From: Candidatus Nanopelagicales bacterium
Lineage (GTDB): Bacteria > Actinomycetota > Actinomycetes > S36-B12 > UBA10799
NCBI GenBank assembly: GCA_037045455.1
Contig: JBAOIN010000003.1
Location: 14,410-78,409, forward strand
DNA: 64,000 bases
Direction of reading: 5' to 3'
Below, in pieces: positions 1-9,991 of this stretch. Below the pieces are notes generated by a model that saw only the letters and a list, made by a program, of their open reading frames with translations, ran no database searches and was not told where the DNA came from. Every line of letters begins with the position of its first letter. Positions within the stretch are counted from its first letter, which is position 1. A program made the position numbers and the translations under genes.

Positions 1-101
1 ACGCACCGACCGGAGTTGTCCGCAAACTGACAGCCGATGACGACGACGAGGTGCGCCGGGCCGCGCAGGAGAATCACCGGACGCCGAAGAAGGTCAAGTG
101 A
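1..101 (+). CDS. 3' end of an upstream CDS cut by the window edge (unknown function)
   Basis: Open frame from position 3 to TGA 99-101 (...DDDDEVRRAAQENHRTPKKVK*). The stop overlaps the GTG start of the next gene (GTGA). No family recognised. Confidence 0.3.
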   Translation, partial: APTGVVRKLTADDDDEVRRAAQENHRTPKKVK

Positions 102-1031
102 CCCTGGCCACCCTGCGCCGGGCGGAGGTGGCCGACCTGCGCTGGCGAGTGCGTCCGGATCCGGTTTTGCAACCACCCTTCCCGTCGCCCGTGATCGCCG
201 ACCCCACCTTCCTGCCGCCGGATCAGACTCCGGGCGGTGATTGGCGGTTATGGGCGCATTCCCTGCTCGGCTTGCATGCCTATCGCAGTGACGACGGCGT
301 GCAATGGCAGGGTGCCGGGACTGTGACACGCAACGCGCTGCGCGGGCAGGTGACGGCCCACGCTGGGCGGTACCGCCTGGCCTACGAGAAGACCCGCCTG
401 TTCATGCCGATCGGTGTGCCCTGGCTGTCCTGGATCGAATCGCGCACGTCCTTGGATCTGCAGACCTGGGGTCCGCCGAGCCGCTTGCTGGAACCGAGCC
501 TGCCCTGGCATGCGTCCGGGCGCAGTCGAGCCGTCTCCAACCCGTGCCTGGTGCCGCTGTCCGATGGCAAGTGGCGGCTGTACTACTCCGCCGGGTCTGA
601 CGCTGCTGCCGGATTGCGGGTTCAACGAGCCCACGTGGATCGGCGTGGCCGAAGGCCCTGGCCCAGACGGCCCATTCGAGTCGCGCCCCGAGCCATTGCT
701 GGGTCCGGGAGACGGTCCCGCGTCGCTGTGTGCCGGGGCCCTCAAGGTCCTGCGCGTGGCCGACGGGTGGGTCGGGTTTCAGAACGCGATCACCTGGGAC
801 GGCAGGCACTCCGGGTCGGAGATCTGGGTGCTGGGCTCGGCCGACGGGCTGAAGTGGGAGGTGCTCTCGGATCGGCCCGTGCTGGCGCCCACGGGCAGCG
901 GCTGGATGGCCACGCACGTTTACGCGTTGGACGTCCGGGATACCCCGGACGGACCGCGCATGTACTTCAACGCTCGGGATGGCTACCACTGGACCCGGGG
1001 TAGAGAGCGAATCGGTTTCGCGACCGTCTAG
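98..1031 (+). CDS. Beta-propeller glycosyl-hydrolase-like protein, reading frame interrupted near 596
   Basis: ORF-track frames 98-1003 and 414-1031 join into one continuous protein (...GKWRLYYSAG | LTLLPDCGFNEPTWIGVAEG...MYFNARDGYHW...). The frame switches at an apparent extra T at about 596. The family call (GH43/32-like propeller) rests on weak motif resemblance only. Confidence 0.55.
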
Positions 1032-1046
1032 GGGTGCGTGCAAGAT

Positions 1047-1120
1047 CGTTTGTCGCGTTGTTGGTGCTAAACCCGGCGTGTCGCGCCGACAACGCAACAG
1101 CCAGGGCAACTTCGCGACAA
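1047..1120 (+). repeat. Family A nested-palindrome intergenic repeat, copy 1
   Basis: cgTTTGTCGCGTTGTTGG-10nt-GGCGTGTCGCGCCGACAACGCAACAG-6nt-CAACTTCGCGACAA. It aligns along its full length with copies at 32414, 40615 and 52337(rc). It starts 16 nt after the stop at 1031. Confidence 0.8.
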
Positions 1121-1251
1121 TGCGGCGCAGTTCGGCCCACCGCGAGCCGAGCGCCCGGGCCCGATGGACCACAGTCGGCCGCGGTGCGGCCGAGCCCCCG
1201 GCAGGAACCGTCGGCCCTGCGGGCCTCCTCCCGAATCCTGCAGCATGGCAC

Positions 1252-1285
1252 AAAGCTGAGGGCCCCACTGGGGCCTCTCGGCTTT
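1252..1285 (-). terminator. Hairpin immediately 3' of tRNA-Arg (candidate terminator)
   Basis: On the minus strand, aaagccgagaggcccc-agt-ggggccctcagcttt directly follows the tRNA 3' end. The stem has two mismatches or wobbles and is followed by a TTTG run. Confidence 0.45.
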
Positions 1286-1286
1286 G

Positions 1287-1358
1287 TGCCCCCGGCAGGA
1301 TTCGAACCTGCGCGCATGGCTCCGGAGGCCACTGCTCTATCCCCTGAGCTACGGGGGC
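1287..1358 (-). tRNA. tRNA-Arg (anticodon CCG)
   Basis: The reverse complement folds by hand into a 72-nt cloverleaf: GCCCCCG-TA-GCTC-AGGGGATA-GAGC-A-GTGGC-CTCCGGA-GCCAT-GCGC-GCAGG-TTCGAAT-CCTGC-CGGGGGC-A. The anticodon loop CT-CCG-GA gives CCG. CCA is not encoded. Confidence 0.93.
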
Positions 1359-1427
1359 TTGGGGTGATTCCACCCTAGCAACCGGCGGTCACGCAGTTCC
1401 TTGGCGGGCGCGGGTACCTTGGGCAGT

Positions 1428-1991
1428 GTGCGGTGGCGGCTCCTGATCTGCGTCGTGATGCTTGCCGCGTGCGATCAGCTCCAACCCGCTCCGCATCCGA
1501 CGGCATTGCCCGGGGCATTTCCGACCGGCCCGCCGGACGCCGGCACCACCATCGCCGGCCAGCCCTGGGACCTGTGCACCAAGAAGCAACTCAAGACCTA
1601 CCCGCCGGTGCTCGACAAGCCGGCCACGACGTACTACGCGGGCCCGTGGTGCCGCAGCGAGGACGGCGGCACCGCCTTCTTGTGGGTTTATGCCAAGCCC
1701 TTGTTCAACGGCGAGTTGCCGGAGGAGATCCGCTCGTACGTCAACCAGGACGCAGCTCTACTGGCCCGGGGCCTGCGCACGACGGGCTACTCGATGATCA
1801 GTTCCTCCCCGCGTGGCACCGACGTGCGGTACGAAGCGCGGCGTCCGACCTCACCCAACGTAGTGCGCGTCGAGGTGCTCGGGGAGAATCCGCCGCCGCA
1901 GGGCCAGACCTATGCGGGGACCGATCCGCTGCGGCTGGGCGTCGCGGTCCGCAAGGCAGGACCCACGGATACCCCCGCACCCACCCCCTAG
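1428..1991 (+). CDS. Putative lipoprotein, unknown function
   Basis: Lies in ORF 1401-1991. GTG 1428 gives VRWRLLICVVMLAAC with an L-A-A-C lipobox. No recognisable domain. The start could also be 1401. Confidence 0.6.
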   Translation: MRWRLLICVVMLAACDQLQPAPHPTALPGAFPTGPPDAGTTIAGQPWDLCTKKQLKTYPPVLDKPATTYYAGPWCRSEDGGTAFLWVYAKPLFNGELPEEIRSYVNQDAALLARGLRTTGYSMISSSPRGTDVRYEARRPTSPNVVRVEVLGENPPPQGQTYAGTDPLRLGVAVRKAGPTDTPAPTP

Positions 1992-2001
1992 TCTTGAATG
2001 C

Positions 2002-3648
2002 ATGACGCCTGACGCACTGGTTGCCGCCATAACCGCCGCTCTGGCTGAAGTGCCTGAGACCCGCGACCTCGACGTCGACGTGCGTGTGGAACGGCCGAAG
2101 AACCGCGACCACGGTGATTGGGCCACCAACGTGGCGCTCGTGAGCGCCAAGCGCGCTGGCCTGCCGCCGCGCGACCTCGCTGCGAAACTGGTGGCCGCGC
2201 TTCAGACGAACGAAGGCATCGCGCGGCTCGACATCGCTGGCCCGGGTTTCATCAACATCACGCTGGCCGCCGACGCACAGGGCCGCATCGCCGCCGACAT
2301 CGTCGCGGCCGGGAGCGCCTACGGGCGCATCGACGCATTGTCCGGAACTGCTGTGAACCTTGAATTCATTTCCGCCAATCCGACCGGTCCACTGCACCTG
2401 GGCCACACCCGCTGGGCGGCGGTCGGCGATGCCATGGCGCGGGTGCTGGCCGCTGCCGGCGCCGAGGTGGACCGGGAGTTCTACATCAACGACCGCGGCG
2501 TGCAGATGGACAAGTTCGGCATGTCGCTCGAGGCTCGCGCGGTGGGTGAGCAACCGCCGGAGGGCGGCTACCAGGGGGAGTACATCAAGGACCTCGCCGA
2601 GCGGATCGTGGCCAACGACCCGGGCATTCTCGATCTGCCGGCAGATCAGCGGTGGGTGGCCTTCCGGGAGGCCGGCTATGCCTTGCAACTGCAGCAGCAG
2701 AAGGACGTCCTCGACAACTTCCGCACCCACTTCGACGTGTGGTACTCCGAGCGGTCGCTGCACGAGTCAGGTGCCGTCGACCGAGGAATGGCGAAACTGC
2801 GCGAGCAGGGCCACGTCTTCGAAGAGGACGGTGCGGTGTGGCTTCGCACCACGGACTTCAGCGACGACAAGGATCGCGTGCTGATCAAGGCCGACGGCGA
2901 ACTCACCTACTTCGCGTCAGACACCGCCTATTACGTGGACAAGCGGGCCCGCGGCTTCGACATCTGCGTGTACCTGCTCGGCGCCGACCACCACGGCTAC
3001 GTCAACCGGCTGCGGGCCGTTGCCGCGTGTGCTGGTGACGATCCGGACTACAACATCGAGATCCTGATCGGGCAGCTCGTAAAGATGTTCAAGGGCGGCG
3101 AGGAGGTCCGGCTGTCGAAGCGGACGGGCGCCATGATCACGCTGGAAGACCTGGTGGACGAGGTGGGTGTCGACGCCGCCCGCTACACGCTGATCCGCTA
3201 CCCGGCCGACTCGCCGCTGATGATGGACCTGGACCTGCTGGTTTCGCGCACGAACGAGAACCCGGTCTACTACGTGCAGTACGCCCATGCCCGGATCGCC
3301 TCAGTGCTGCGCAACGCCACCGACCTGGGCATCGACTGGCGGACGGCGGAGTTCGACCCAGGTCTGCTTGAGCACGAACGGGAGAGCGCGCTGCTCGGCG
3401 TGCTCGCGGACTTCCCGCGGATCATCGCCACGGCTGCTGAACTGCGCGAACCGCACCGGGTCTGCCGCTACCTCGAGGAGGTGGCCACGGCCTACCACAA
3501 GTTCTACGACTCCTGCCGTGTGCTGCCCAGGTCCGACGAGGAGTTGTCCGGGCTGCACGTCGCGCGGTTGTGGCTGTGTGCGGCATCCCGTCAGGTCATC
3601 GCCAACGGCCTGGATCTGTGCGGGGTGACGGCGCCGGAGCGGATGTGA
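2002..3648 (+). CDS. argS: Arginine--tRNA ligase
   Basis: Has the class-I HIGH motif PTGPLHLGH and conserved blocks YYVQYAHARI and HRVCRYLEE. ATG 2002 (MTPDALVAAI) was chosen inside ORF 1912-3648. Confidence 0.95.
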   Translation: MTPDALVAAITAALAEVPETRDLDVDVRVERPKNRDHGDWATNVALVSAKRAGLPPRDLAAKLVAALQTNEGIARLDIAGPGFINITLAADAQGRIAADIVAAGSAYGRIDALSGTAVNLEFISANPTGPLHLGHTRWAAVGDAMARVLAAAGAEVDREFYINDRGVQMDKFGMSLEARAVGEQPPEGGYQGEYIKDLAERIVANDPGILDLPADQRWVAFREAGYALQLQQQKDVLDNFRTHFDVWYSERSLHESGAVDRGMAKLREQGHVFEEDGAVWLRTTDFSDDKDRVLIKADGELTYFASDTAYYVDKRARGFDICVYLLGADHHGYVNRLRAVAACAGDDPDYNIEILIGQLVKMFKGGEEVRLSKRTGAMITLEDLVDEVGVDAARYTLIRYPADSPLMMDLDLLVSRTNENPVYYVQYAHARIASVLRNATDLGIDWRTAEFDPGLLEHERESALLGVLADFPRIIATAAELREPHRVCRYLEEVATAYHKFYDSCRVLPRSDEELSGLHVARLWLCAASRQVIANGLDLCGVTAPERM

Positions 3649-4457
3649 GCCGGGTTGCGCTGATCACCGGAGCCTCATCCGGAATCGGTGCTGCGACTGC
3701 GCGGTTGCTGCATTCCCACGGATACCGAGTGGTGCTGGTCGCACGCTCTGCCGATGCACTGCAGGCGTTGGCCGACGAGCTCGGGGATGGGGCGTGGGCG
3801 CGGCCCTGCGACGTCTCGGACCTCGCTTCCTTGCCCGGTCTCGTGCAAGAGGCCGTCGAGCACTTCGGCACCCTGGACGTTCTGGTCAATAACGCCGGCG
3901 TGCATCACCGGGGATCGATGCTGCGTCACACGCCCGAGCAATTGGCCGAGATGATTACCGTCAACACCGCAGCGCCGATTGCCCTGACCCGGATCGCGGC
4001 AGACTTCATGCCACCCGGCTCGGTGGTGGTGAACGTGGCCAGCCTGGCTGGGAAACTGCCGGTGCCCGGGGCAGCGACCTACTCGGGGAGCAAAGCGGGC
4101 TTGCGGTTCTGGGCGATGGCGGCTGCCGAGGACCTCGCTGCCCGCCAAATCCGGATCGCCAGCATCAACCCGGGTCCAGTGGACTCCGGCTTTCTCGAGA
4201 CCGACCTCGACAACGTGACACCGATGACCTTCAGCCAGCCGATGAGCACGGTGGAGCAGTGCGCGCAGGCGGTGTTGCGGGCGATCGAGAGCGAGGTGGC
4301 CGAGATCGACCTGCCGTTCGCCTCCGGCAAGCTGGCCACGCTGGGCTATGTAGCACCGCCCCTGCGCCGCTTGCTTCGTCCCGTGCTGGAGAAGCGTGGG
4401 GCCCGCGTGAAGGAGCAGTTGCGGAATCGCAAACGTGCGGATACGGGCCACATATGA
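3645..4457 (+). CDS. Short-chain dehydrogenase/reductase (SDR)
   Basis: Has TGASSGIG Rossmann and NNAG motifs and the catalytic YSGSK. The GTG 3645 start overlaps the argS stop (GTGA). Confidence 0.85.
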   Translation: MSRVALITGASSGIGAATARLLHSHGYRVVLVARSADALQALADELGDGAWARPCDVSDLASLPGLVQEAVEHFGTLDVLVNNAGVHHRGSMLRHTPEQLAEMITVNTAAPIALTRIAADFMPPGSVVVNVASLAGKLPVPGAATYSGSKAGLRFWAMAAAEDLAARQIRIASINPGPVDSGFLETDLDNVTPMTFSQPMSTVEQCAQAVLRAIESEVAEIDLPFASGKLATLGYVAPPLRRLLRPVLEKRGARVKEQLRNRKRADTGHI

Positions 4458-4533
4458 CCCCGATCCACACGTCTAGTTAGAGGGCACGCACAGAACGATG
4501 GATTCGGGTCACATCTGGCCCCGATCCATGCAG
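4449..4533. repeat. Local direct and inverted repeat between the SDR stop and lysA (element G)
   Basis: cacatatgaccccgatcca (4449) is repeated as cacatctggccccgatcca (4510), 17 of 19 identical. The inverted copy atggattcgggtc (4498) can pair with ggccccgatccat (4517). Confidence 0.55.
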
Positions 4534-4574
4534 AATCCCTTTAGCTGAGGCTCGCTGGCACATACCCTGAACCC

Positions 4575-5963
4575 ATGCCCGCCCACCCCGCCGGACCGCG
4601 CCACGAGGACATCCTGCATGCCGCCGCATTGGGCGAGCCCCCGCAGGACCTCAACGCCCTCACCGCAGGAGTCTGGCCGCTGACTGCGGGCCGTCAGAAC
4701 GGGACCCTGACCATCGCCGGCGTGCCCGTGACCCAAGCAGTGACCGAGTTCGCAAGCCCGTTGTTCGTGATCGACGAGGACCATTTCCGCAACGAAGCCC
4801 GGTCCTACGTGCAGGCCTACGAGGGGGCGGACGTCTACTACGCAGCCAAGGCGTTCCTGACCGGCACCATTGCCCAGTGGGCCGACGCCGAGGGTTTGCG
4901 GATCGACGTCTGCACCATGGGCGAGATGGAGATCGCGCTGCGGGCCGGCGTAGATCCCCAACGCATCCTGTTCCACGGCAACAACAAGAGCGTGGCCGAA
5001 CTGCGGCATGCGCTCGACGCGGGCATCGGGCGCATCGTGGTGGATTCGTTCGACGAGATCTCCCGCCTGTCGGCACTGGCCGCCGAGACTGGGACCAGGC
5101 CCGAGGTCCTCGTCCGGGTCACCGTCGGCGTCGAGGCGCACACCCACGAGTTCATCGCCACCGCCCATGAGGATCAGAAATTCGGGCTGGCGCTGGCCGA
5201 TGGTGTCGCTGCCAAAGCCGCGCAGCAGGTGGCGCAGGACCCGCATCTGAATCTGCGTGGTCTGCACAGCCACATCGGCTCCCAAATCTTCGATGCCGCC
5301 GGTTTCGAAGTGGCAGCCCACCGCATGGCCGGGTTGGTGGCTGAACTCACAAGCCAGGGACACCCCATTGCCGAACTGAACCTCGGCGGCGGCATGGGGA
5401 TCGCCTACACCAACGACGACGATCCGCCGCAGGTCGCCGACATGGCGGCGCAGTTGCGCGCGATCGTGACCCGCGAATGCGAACTCGCGGGCGTCGAGGT
5501 TCCGCGCCTCGCGGTGGAACCCGGACGAGCGATCGTTGGCGGTGCCGGTATCACGGTGTATGAGGTCGGCACGGTCAAGCCCGTCGACCTCGGCGGCCGA
5601 TCACGGCTTTACGTATCTGTCGACGGGGGCATGAGCGACAACATCCGGACCGCTTTGTACGGCGCGGACTACACGGTGGTCCTCGCGAATCGCGAATCGA
5701 CCGCGCCGCCAGTGCTCGCCCGCGTGGTTGGCAAGCACTGCGAGAGCGGCGACGTCGTGGTGCGCGACGCTTGGCTGCCTGCAGACATCACGGCCGGGGA
5801 CCTGCTGGCCGTCGCAGCGACGGGCGCCTACTGCCGCAGCATGGCCAGCAACTACAACTACCTGCCCCGGCCCGGCGTGGTGGCCGTGCAGCATGGCGCG
5901 GCACAGGTGGTGCTGCGCCGGGAGACCCTCGACGACATGTTCGCCGCCGACCCCGCGTTGTGA
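4575..5963 (+). CDS. lysA: Diaminopimelate decarboxylase
   Basis: Has the PLP-lysine region YYAAKAF plus HSHIGSQ, GGGMGI, EPGRAIV and CESGD motifs. Lies in the conserved argS-lysA-hom order. Confidence 0.93.
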   Translation: MPAHPAGPRHEDILHAAALGEPPQDLNALTAGVWPLTAGRQNGTLTIAGVPVTQAVTEFASPLFVIDEDHFRNEARSYVQAYEGADVYYAAKAFLTGTIAQWADAEGLRIDVCTMGEMEIALRAGVDPQRILFHGNNKSVAELRHALDAGIGRIVVDSFDEISRLSALAAETGTRPEVLVRVTVGVEAHTHEFIATAHEDQKFGLALADGVAAKAAQQVAQDPHLNLRGLHSHIGSQIFDAAGFEVAAHRMAGLVAELTSQGHPIAELNLGGGMGIAYTNDDDPPQVADMAAQLRAIVTRECELAGVEVPRLAVEPGRAIVGGAGITVYEVGTVKPVDLGGRSRLYVSVDGGMSDNIRTALYGADYTVVLANRESTAPPVLARVVGKHCESGDVVVRDAWLPADITAGDLLAVAATGAYCRSMASNYNYLPRPGVVAVQHGAAQVVLRRETLDDMFAADPAL

Positions 5964-6014
5964 GCAGATCAGGCGCAAAGCGACCACCGAACCCGCCGTG
6001 ACAGACTTGGCAGC

Positions 6015-7304
6015 GTGTCTGACATCGTGCGCGTAGCCCTGCTCGGGGGCGGAACCGTCGGATCGCAGGTCGCCCGGCTGCTGACGGACTCAGCCGCCGA
6101 TCTGCAGGAGCGCGTCGGCGCTCCCTTGGAACTCGTCGCGGTCGCTGTACGCGACACCAACAAGCCTCGCCCGGGGATCCCCAGTGAAGTGCTCACCGAC
6201 GACCCCTTCGCCGTCGTGTCGCGCGACGACATCGACATCGTCGTGGAGGTGATGGGCGGGCTAGAACCCACCCGGGAACTGCTGGAGACCGCGCTGTCCA
6301 ACGGGGCCAGCGTCATCAGCGCGAACAAGGCGCTGCTCAGCGAGTACGGCGCCGGCCTGCACGAGATCGCCCACAAGAACGGCGTGGACCTCTTCTACGA
6401 GGCGGCTGTGGCCGGGGCCATCCCATTGTTGCGGCCGTTGCGGGAATCTCTGGCGGGCGACCGTGTGAACAAGGTTCTCGGCATCGTCAACGGCACGACC
6501 AATTACATCCTCACGAAGATGGGGGAGGGGCAGGACTACGCAGAGGTGCTGGCAGAGGCACAGCGACTGGGATACGCCGAGGCCGATCCGACCGCTGACG
6601 TCGAAGGCCACGATTCAGCCGCAAAAGCCGCAATCCTGGCAACTCTCGCGTTCCACTCCAGCGTCACACTTGGCGATGTCTACTGCCAGGGCATCAGTTC
6701 GGTGACGCTGCGGGACGTGCAGGCCGCGGCCGATCTCGGTTACGTCATCAAACTGCTGGCCGTGGCCGAACGCACGCCCGATGGCGAGGGCATCGTGACC
6801 AGGGTGCATCCGGCACTGGTCCCCAAGGCGCACCCGCTGGCCAGCGTGCACGACGCATTCAACGCCGTCTTCGTGGAGGCGGAATCGGCCGGGCAGATGA
6901 TGTTCTACGGCCGCGGTGCCGGCGGGGAACCGACGGCCAGTGCAGTACTGGGAGATCTGGTGACCGCTGCTCGTAACCGGCGGGCGGGGGCCGCCGGCCA
7001 GGCGCAATCGGTCTATGCCGGACTGACGCCGCGCCCGATCGGCGAGGCCACCACCCGCTATCTGGTCAGCCTGGACGTCGCCGACCGGCCCGGTGTGCTC
7101 GCGCAGATCGCCACGGCATTCGGGCAGCACGGCGTGTCGATCCAGACTGTGCGGCAGGACACCGACGAGCAGGGTGGTGCCACGCTGCTGATCGGCACCC
7201 ATGCCGCGCAGGAGGCGCATCTGGCCGCCACCGTCGAGGAACTGCACGACCTCGACAGTGTCAACGAGGTCGTGTCGGTGATGCGCGTGGAGGGTGCGGA
7301 ATGA
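6015..7304 (+). CDS. hom: Homoserine dehydrogenase
   Basis: Has an N-terminal [14 protein letters not shown]-binding site, the central NGTTNYILT block and a C-terminal ACT-like domain. Its stop overlaps the thrC start (ATGA). Confidence 0.93.
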   Translation: MSDIVRVALLGGGTVGSQVARLLTDSAADLQERVGAPLELVAVAVRDTNKPRPGIPSEVLTDDPFAVVSRDDIDIVVEVMGGLEPTRELLETALSNGASVISANKALLSEYGAGLHEIAHKNGVDLFYEAAVAGAIPLLRPLRESLAGDRVNKVLGIVNGTTNYILTKMGEGQDYAEVLAEAQRLGYAEADPTADVEGHDSAAKAAILATLAFHSSVTLGDVYCQGISSVTLRDVQAAADLGYVIKLLAVAERTPDGEGIVTRVHPALVPKAHPLASVHDAFNAVFVEAESAGQMMFYGRGAGGEPTASAVLGDLVTAARNRRAGAAGQAQSVYAGLTPRPIGEATTRYLVSLDVADRPGVLAQIATAFGQHGVSIQTVRQDTDEQGGATLLIGTHAAQEAHLAATVEELHDLDSVNEVVSVMRVEGAE

Positions 7305-8344
7305 GCGCGCATGTGTGGCGTGGCGTGATCGAGGAATACCGCGACCGGTTGCCGGTGACCGATCAGACCCCGATCATCAGCTTGCGGGAGGGTGGCACAC
7401 CGCTGGTCCACGCGAGCCGGATCAGCGAGACCACAAAGTGTGAGGTTTACCTGAAGGTTGAGGGTGCGAACCCGACCGGATCGTTCAAGGACCGCGGCAT
7501 GACGATGGCGATCTCGCACGCGGCGCAGGAGGGCGCGAAGGCCGTGATCTGCGCCTCCACCGGAAACACCAGCGCGAGTGCCGCGGCCTACGCCGTGCGT
7601 GCCGGGATGGTCTGCGCGGTCCTGGTCCCGGCCGGCAAGATCGCCATGGGCAAACTGGCCCAGGCCCTGGTGCACGGCGCCAAGCTGCTGCAGATCGACG
7701 GCAACTTCGATGACTGCCTGACTCTCGCGCGCAAGTTGTCCGAGGCCTATCCGGTCGCGTTGGTGAACAGTGTGAACCCGTCGCGGATCGAGGGCCAGAA
7801 GACCGCCAGTTTCGAGATCGTCGACCAGCTCGGCGCAGCTCCGGACATCCACTGCCTGCCCGTGGGCAACGCCGGCAACATCACGGCCTACTGGAAGGGC
7901 TACACCGAGTACGACACGAAGCCGCGGATGTGGGGCTTCCAGGCCGCGGGCGCGGCCCCGATCGTCCGCGGGGCCCCTGTAACCCATCCGCAGACCATCG
8001 CCACCGCGATCCGGATCGGCAACCCGGCGTCCTGGCAGCAGGCCGAGGCGGCACGCGACGAGTCCGGCGGGTTGATCGACATGGTCACCGACCGCCAGAT
8101 CCTGCGCGCCTACAAACTGCTCGCTGCAGGCGAAGGTGTGTTCGTGGAGCCGGCGTCAGCCGCCGGAGTGGCCGGTCTGCTGGCCCGTCACGCCGCCGGT
8201 GAACTCGACCCCGGCCAGACTGTGGTCTGCACGGTCACGGGCAATGGACTCAAAGACCCGCAGTGGGCCATCGCGGGAGCCCCGCAGCCCGTCAACATCG
8301 CGGTGGACGCGCATGCCGCGGCCGTGGAACTGGGACTCGTCTGA
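7301..8344 (+). CDS. thrC: Threonine synthase
   Basis: Has the PLP-lysine motif [10 protein letters not shown] and the STGNTSAS block. Lies in the hom-thrC-thrB operon context. Confidence 0.94.
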   Translation: MSAHVWRGVIEEYRDRLPVTDQTPIISLREGGTPLVHASRISETTKCEVYLKVEGANPTGSFKDRGMTMAISHAAQEGAKAVICASTGNTSASAAAYAVRAGMVCAVLVPAGKIAMGKLAQALVHGAKLLQIDGNFDDCLTLARKLSEAYPVALVNSVNPSRIEGQKTASFEIVDQLGAAPDIHCLPVGNAGNITAYWKGYTEYDTKPRMWGFQAAGAAPIVRGAPVTHPQTIATAIRIGNPASWQQAEAARDESGGLIDMVTDRQILRAYKLLAAGEGVFVEPASAAGVAGLLARHAAGELDPGQTVVCTVTGNGLKDPQWAIAGAPQPVNIAVDAHAAAVELGLV

Positions 8345-9171
8345 TGCCAGTGGTGGTGCAGCCACCCGCCACCTCCGCGAACCTGGGTCCCGGCTTCGAC
8401 TGCCTCGGCCTGGCTCTGGAACTGCGCGACCGGGTGATCTTCGAACCGGCCCATGCGGACAGCGTCCAGGTCACCGGTGAGGGTGCCGGCGAGGTATCGA
8501 CCGGTTCCGACCATCTCGTGCTGGCCTCGTTCCACCGGGCCTTTCGTGAGTGCGGCCGTCAGGCCCCGCCGGTCGCGCTGACCTGCCAAAACGTCATTCC
8601 GCACGGCCGCGGCCTAGGCAGTTCCTCCGCGGCGATCGTGGCGGGGCTGGCTGGGGCTCGAGCCATGGGCGCGGACCTAGACGACACCGCGTTGCTACGC
8701 ATTGCCACCGACATCGAAGGACATCCCGACAATGTGGCTCCGGCGCTGCTGGGCGGGCTGACCATTGCGTGGGACGGGCAGGCTGTCCGGCTCGACCCGC
8801 TGAGCGTGCCCGTGACCGTGCTGGTGCCCGAACACCGGCTGGCCACGCACACCGCCCGCGGCCTGCTGCCCGAAACCTTGCCCTTTGCCGACGCGGTGCA
8901 CGCGGCCGCCCGTAGCGCCTTGGTCGTCGCGGCCCTTACGGCCTTTCCCGACCGACTGCTCGCGGCCACCGAGGACCGGCTGCACCAGGACTACCGGCGC
9001 CCGGCCTATCCGCAGTCATGGGCACTGGTGCAGGAGCTACGCCAGCAAGGGGTCCCTGCGGCGATCTCGGGAGCCGGGCCTAGCGTTCTCGCCTTCAGTC
9101 GGGTCACGGCACCAGGGTGGCGTGCGCTGGACCTGGACATCGCCAGCCAGGGCGTGTTGGTCGACGCATAA
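8344..9171 (+). CDS. thrB: Homoserine kinase
   Basis: Has the GHMP kinase motif PHGRGLGSSSAA and N-terminal ATSANLGPGFD. ATG 8344 lies inside ORF 8263-9171 and overlaps the thrC stop. Confidence 0.92.
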   Translation: MPVVVQPPATSANLGPGFDCLGLALELRDRVIFEPAHADSVQVTGEGAGEVSTGSDHLVLASFHRAFRECGRQAPPVALTCQNVIPHGRGLGSSSAAIVAGLAGARAMGADLDDTALLRIATDIEGHPDNVAPALLGGLTIAWDGQAVRLDPLSVPVTVLVPEHRLATHTARGLLPETLPFADAVHAAARSALVVAALTAFPDRLLAATEDRLHQDYRRPAYPQSWALVQELRQQGVPAAISGAGPSVLAFSRVTAPGWRALDLDIASQGVLVDA

Positions 9172-9172
9172 G

Positions 9173-9275
9173 GGCGTTCGAAACCTGGCCCGATGGGCCC
9201 GTTCCGGACGCGACACGCCGTGCGGCCAGCCAAAAGGCGGGGAGTCGTGGTTCTGGCGGCCACGTTTCGAACGCC
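9173..9275. repeat. Long-armed inverted repeat between convergent thrB and the CoA-binding gene (element F)
   Basis: The arm ggcgttcgaaacctggcc (9173-9190) pairs with ggccacgtttcgaacgcc (9258-9275), 17 of 18 complementary, around a 67-nt spacer. Confidence 0.7.
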
Positions 9276-9751
9276 TAGGCCACCTGCCGCGGCACCGCCT
9301 TGGTCATCTTGAGCATCCGGCACATGAACCGGTGCCCGCCGTCGGAGGTCTCTCCGAACATCAGCGGGCAGCCGCCGTCGATGACCAGCACCCCGGCATC
9401 CCGGCCGATCCGGGTCGCCTCCGGGCTCACGCTCCCCGCGCCGAAGGAACGGTGCATCCAGGCGTACTTGATTCCCAGGTCCACGATCTCGCGCATCGTC
9501 GCCGGGGCATGGGCCGCACTCGTGCCGATGACCACTGCCTCCACTCCACCGGGTATCGATGCCAGATCCGGGTAGGTCTTGTCACCGTCCACTTCGGGGG
9601 TGTTGGGGTTCACGGCGAACACGGTGTACCCGCGGTCCTTGAGCCGTTGGTACACCACGTTCGCGCCGTGCTGGGTGCCCTCCCGCGATACGCCCGTGAC
9701 AGCGATCCGGTGCTGGGAGAGGAAGGTCTGCGCTGCATCTGCGATCTTCAT
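9275..9751 (-). CDS. CoA-binding domain protein (YccU-like)
   Basis: 158 aa. The N-terminal ...HRIAVTGVSRE...GANVVYQRLKDRGYTVFAVNPN... is typical of the CoA_binding_2 family. Confidence 0.75.
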   Translation of the reverse strand: MKIADAAQTFLSQHRIAVTGVSREGTQHGANVVYQRLKDRGYTVFAVNPNTPEVDGDKTYPDLASIPGGVEAVVIGTSAAHAPATMREIVDLGIKYAWMHRSFGAGSVSPEATRIGRDAGVLVIDGGCPLMFGETSDGGHRFMCRMLKMTKAVPRQVA

Positions 9752-9991
9752 GTCGCGCCTCCTGCTTCCAGGCTACGACCGACACGCCCGCCGCAGTGGG
9801 GCAATCGATCGAGTCAGTGGTACAGTGTGATCAGCCAGGGCGATTCACTCGTGGCGGTTCTTTGTGAACGATCCTTCGTTCCTCTCTCCACTTCTGAAGC
9901 CCATCGGCTAATACCTGTCCGCACTGAGCGGTGTCTGATACCGCTCACACGAAGGGCGAAACCGCCCCGCGTCCATGAAAGGACGTGTCAG
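9752..9991 (+). promoter_or_regulatory. rho 5' leader with a pyrimidine-rich tract and a hairpin (possible autoregulatory attenuator)
   Basis: A 240-nt non-coding gap of visibly lower GC. It carries the C/U-rich tract ccttcgttcctctctccacttctgaagccc and the hairpin tgagcggt-gtctgat-accgctca. The RBS gaaagga lies 8 nt before TTG 9992. Confidence 0.3.

Noticed and set aside
1287-3648. tRNA-Arg(CCG) lying 650 nt from argS, considered as a functional pairing
   Set aside because: The two are on opposite strands and separated by an unrelated lipoprotein gene. There is no T-box or other regulatory link visible, so the proximity is most likely coincidental.
4458-4574. Possible lysine riboswitch upstream of lysA
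   Set aside because: The 117-nt gap is too short and lacks the L-box conserved segments as far as I can recall them. The repeats there look like element G instead.
8885-9991. N-terminal 369 codons of the 898-aa ORF that ends as rho
   Set aside because: This part overlaps the thrB 3' end, runs antisense through the CoA-binding gene and crosses the non-coding leader. Rho homology only begins at TTG 9992, which has a good RBS.
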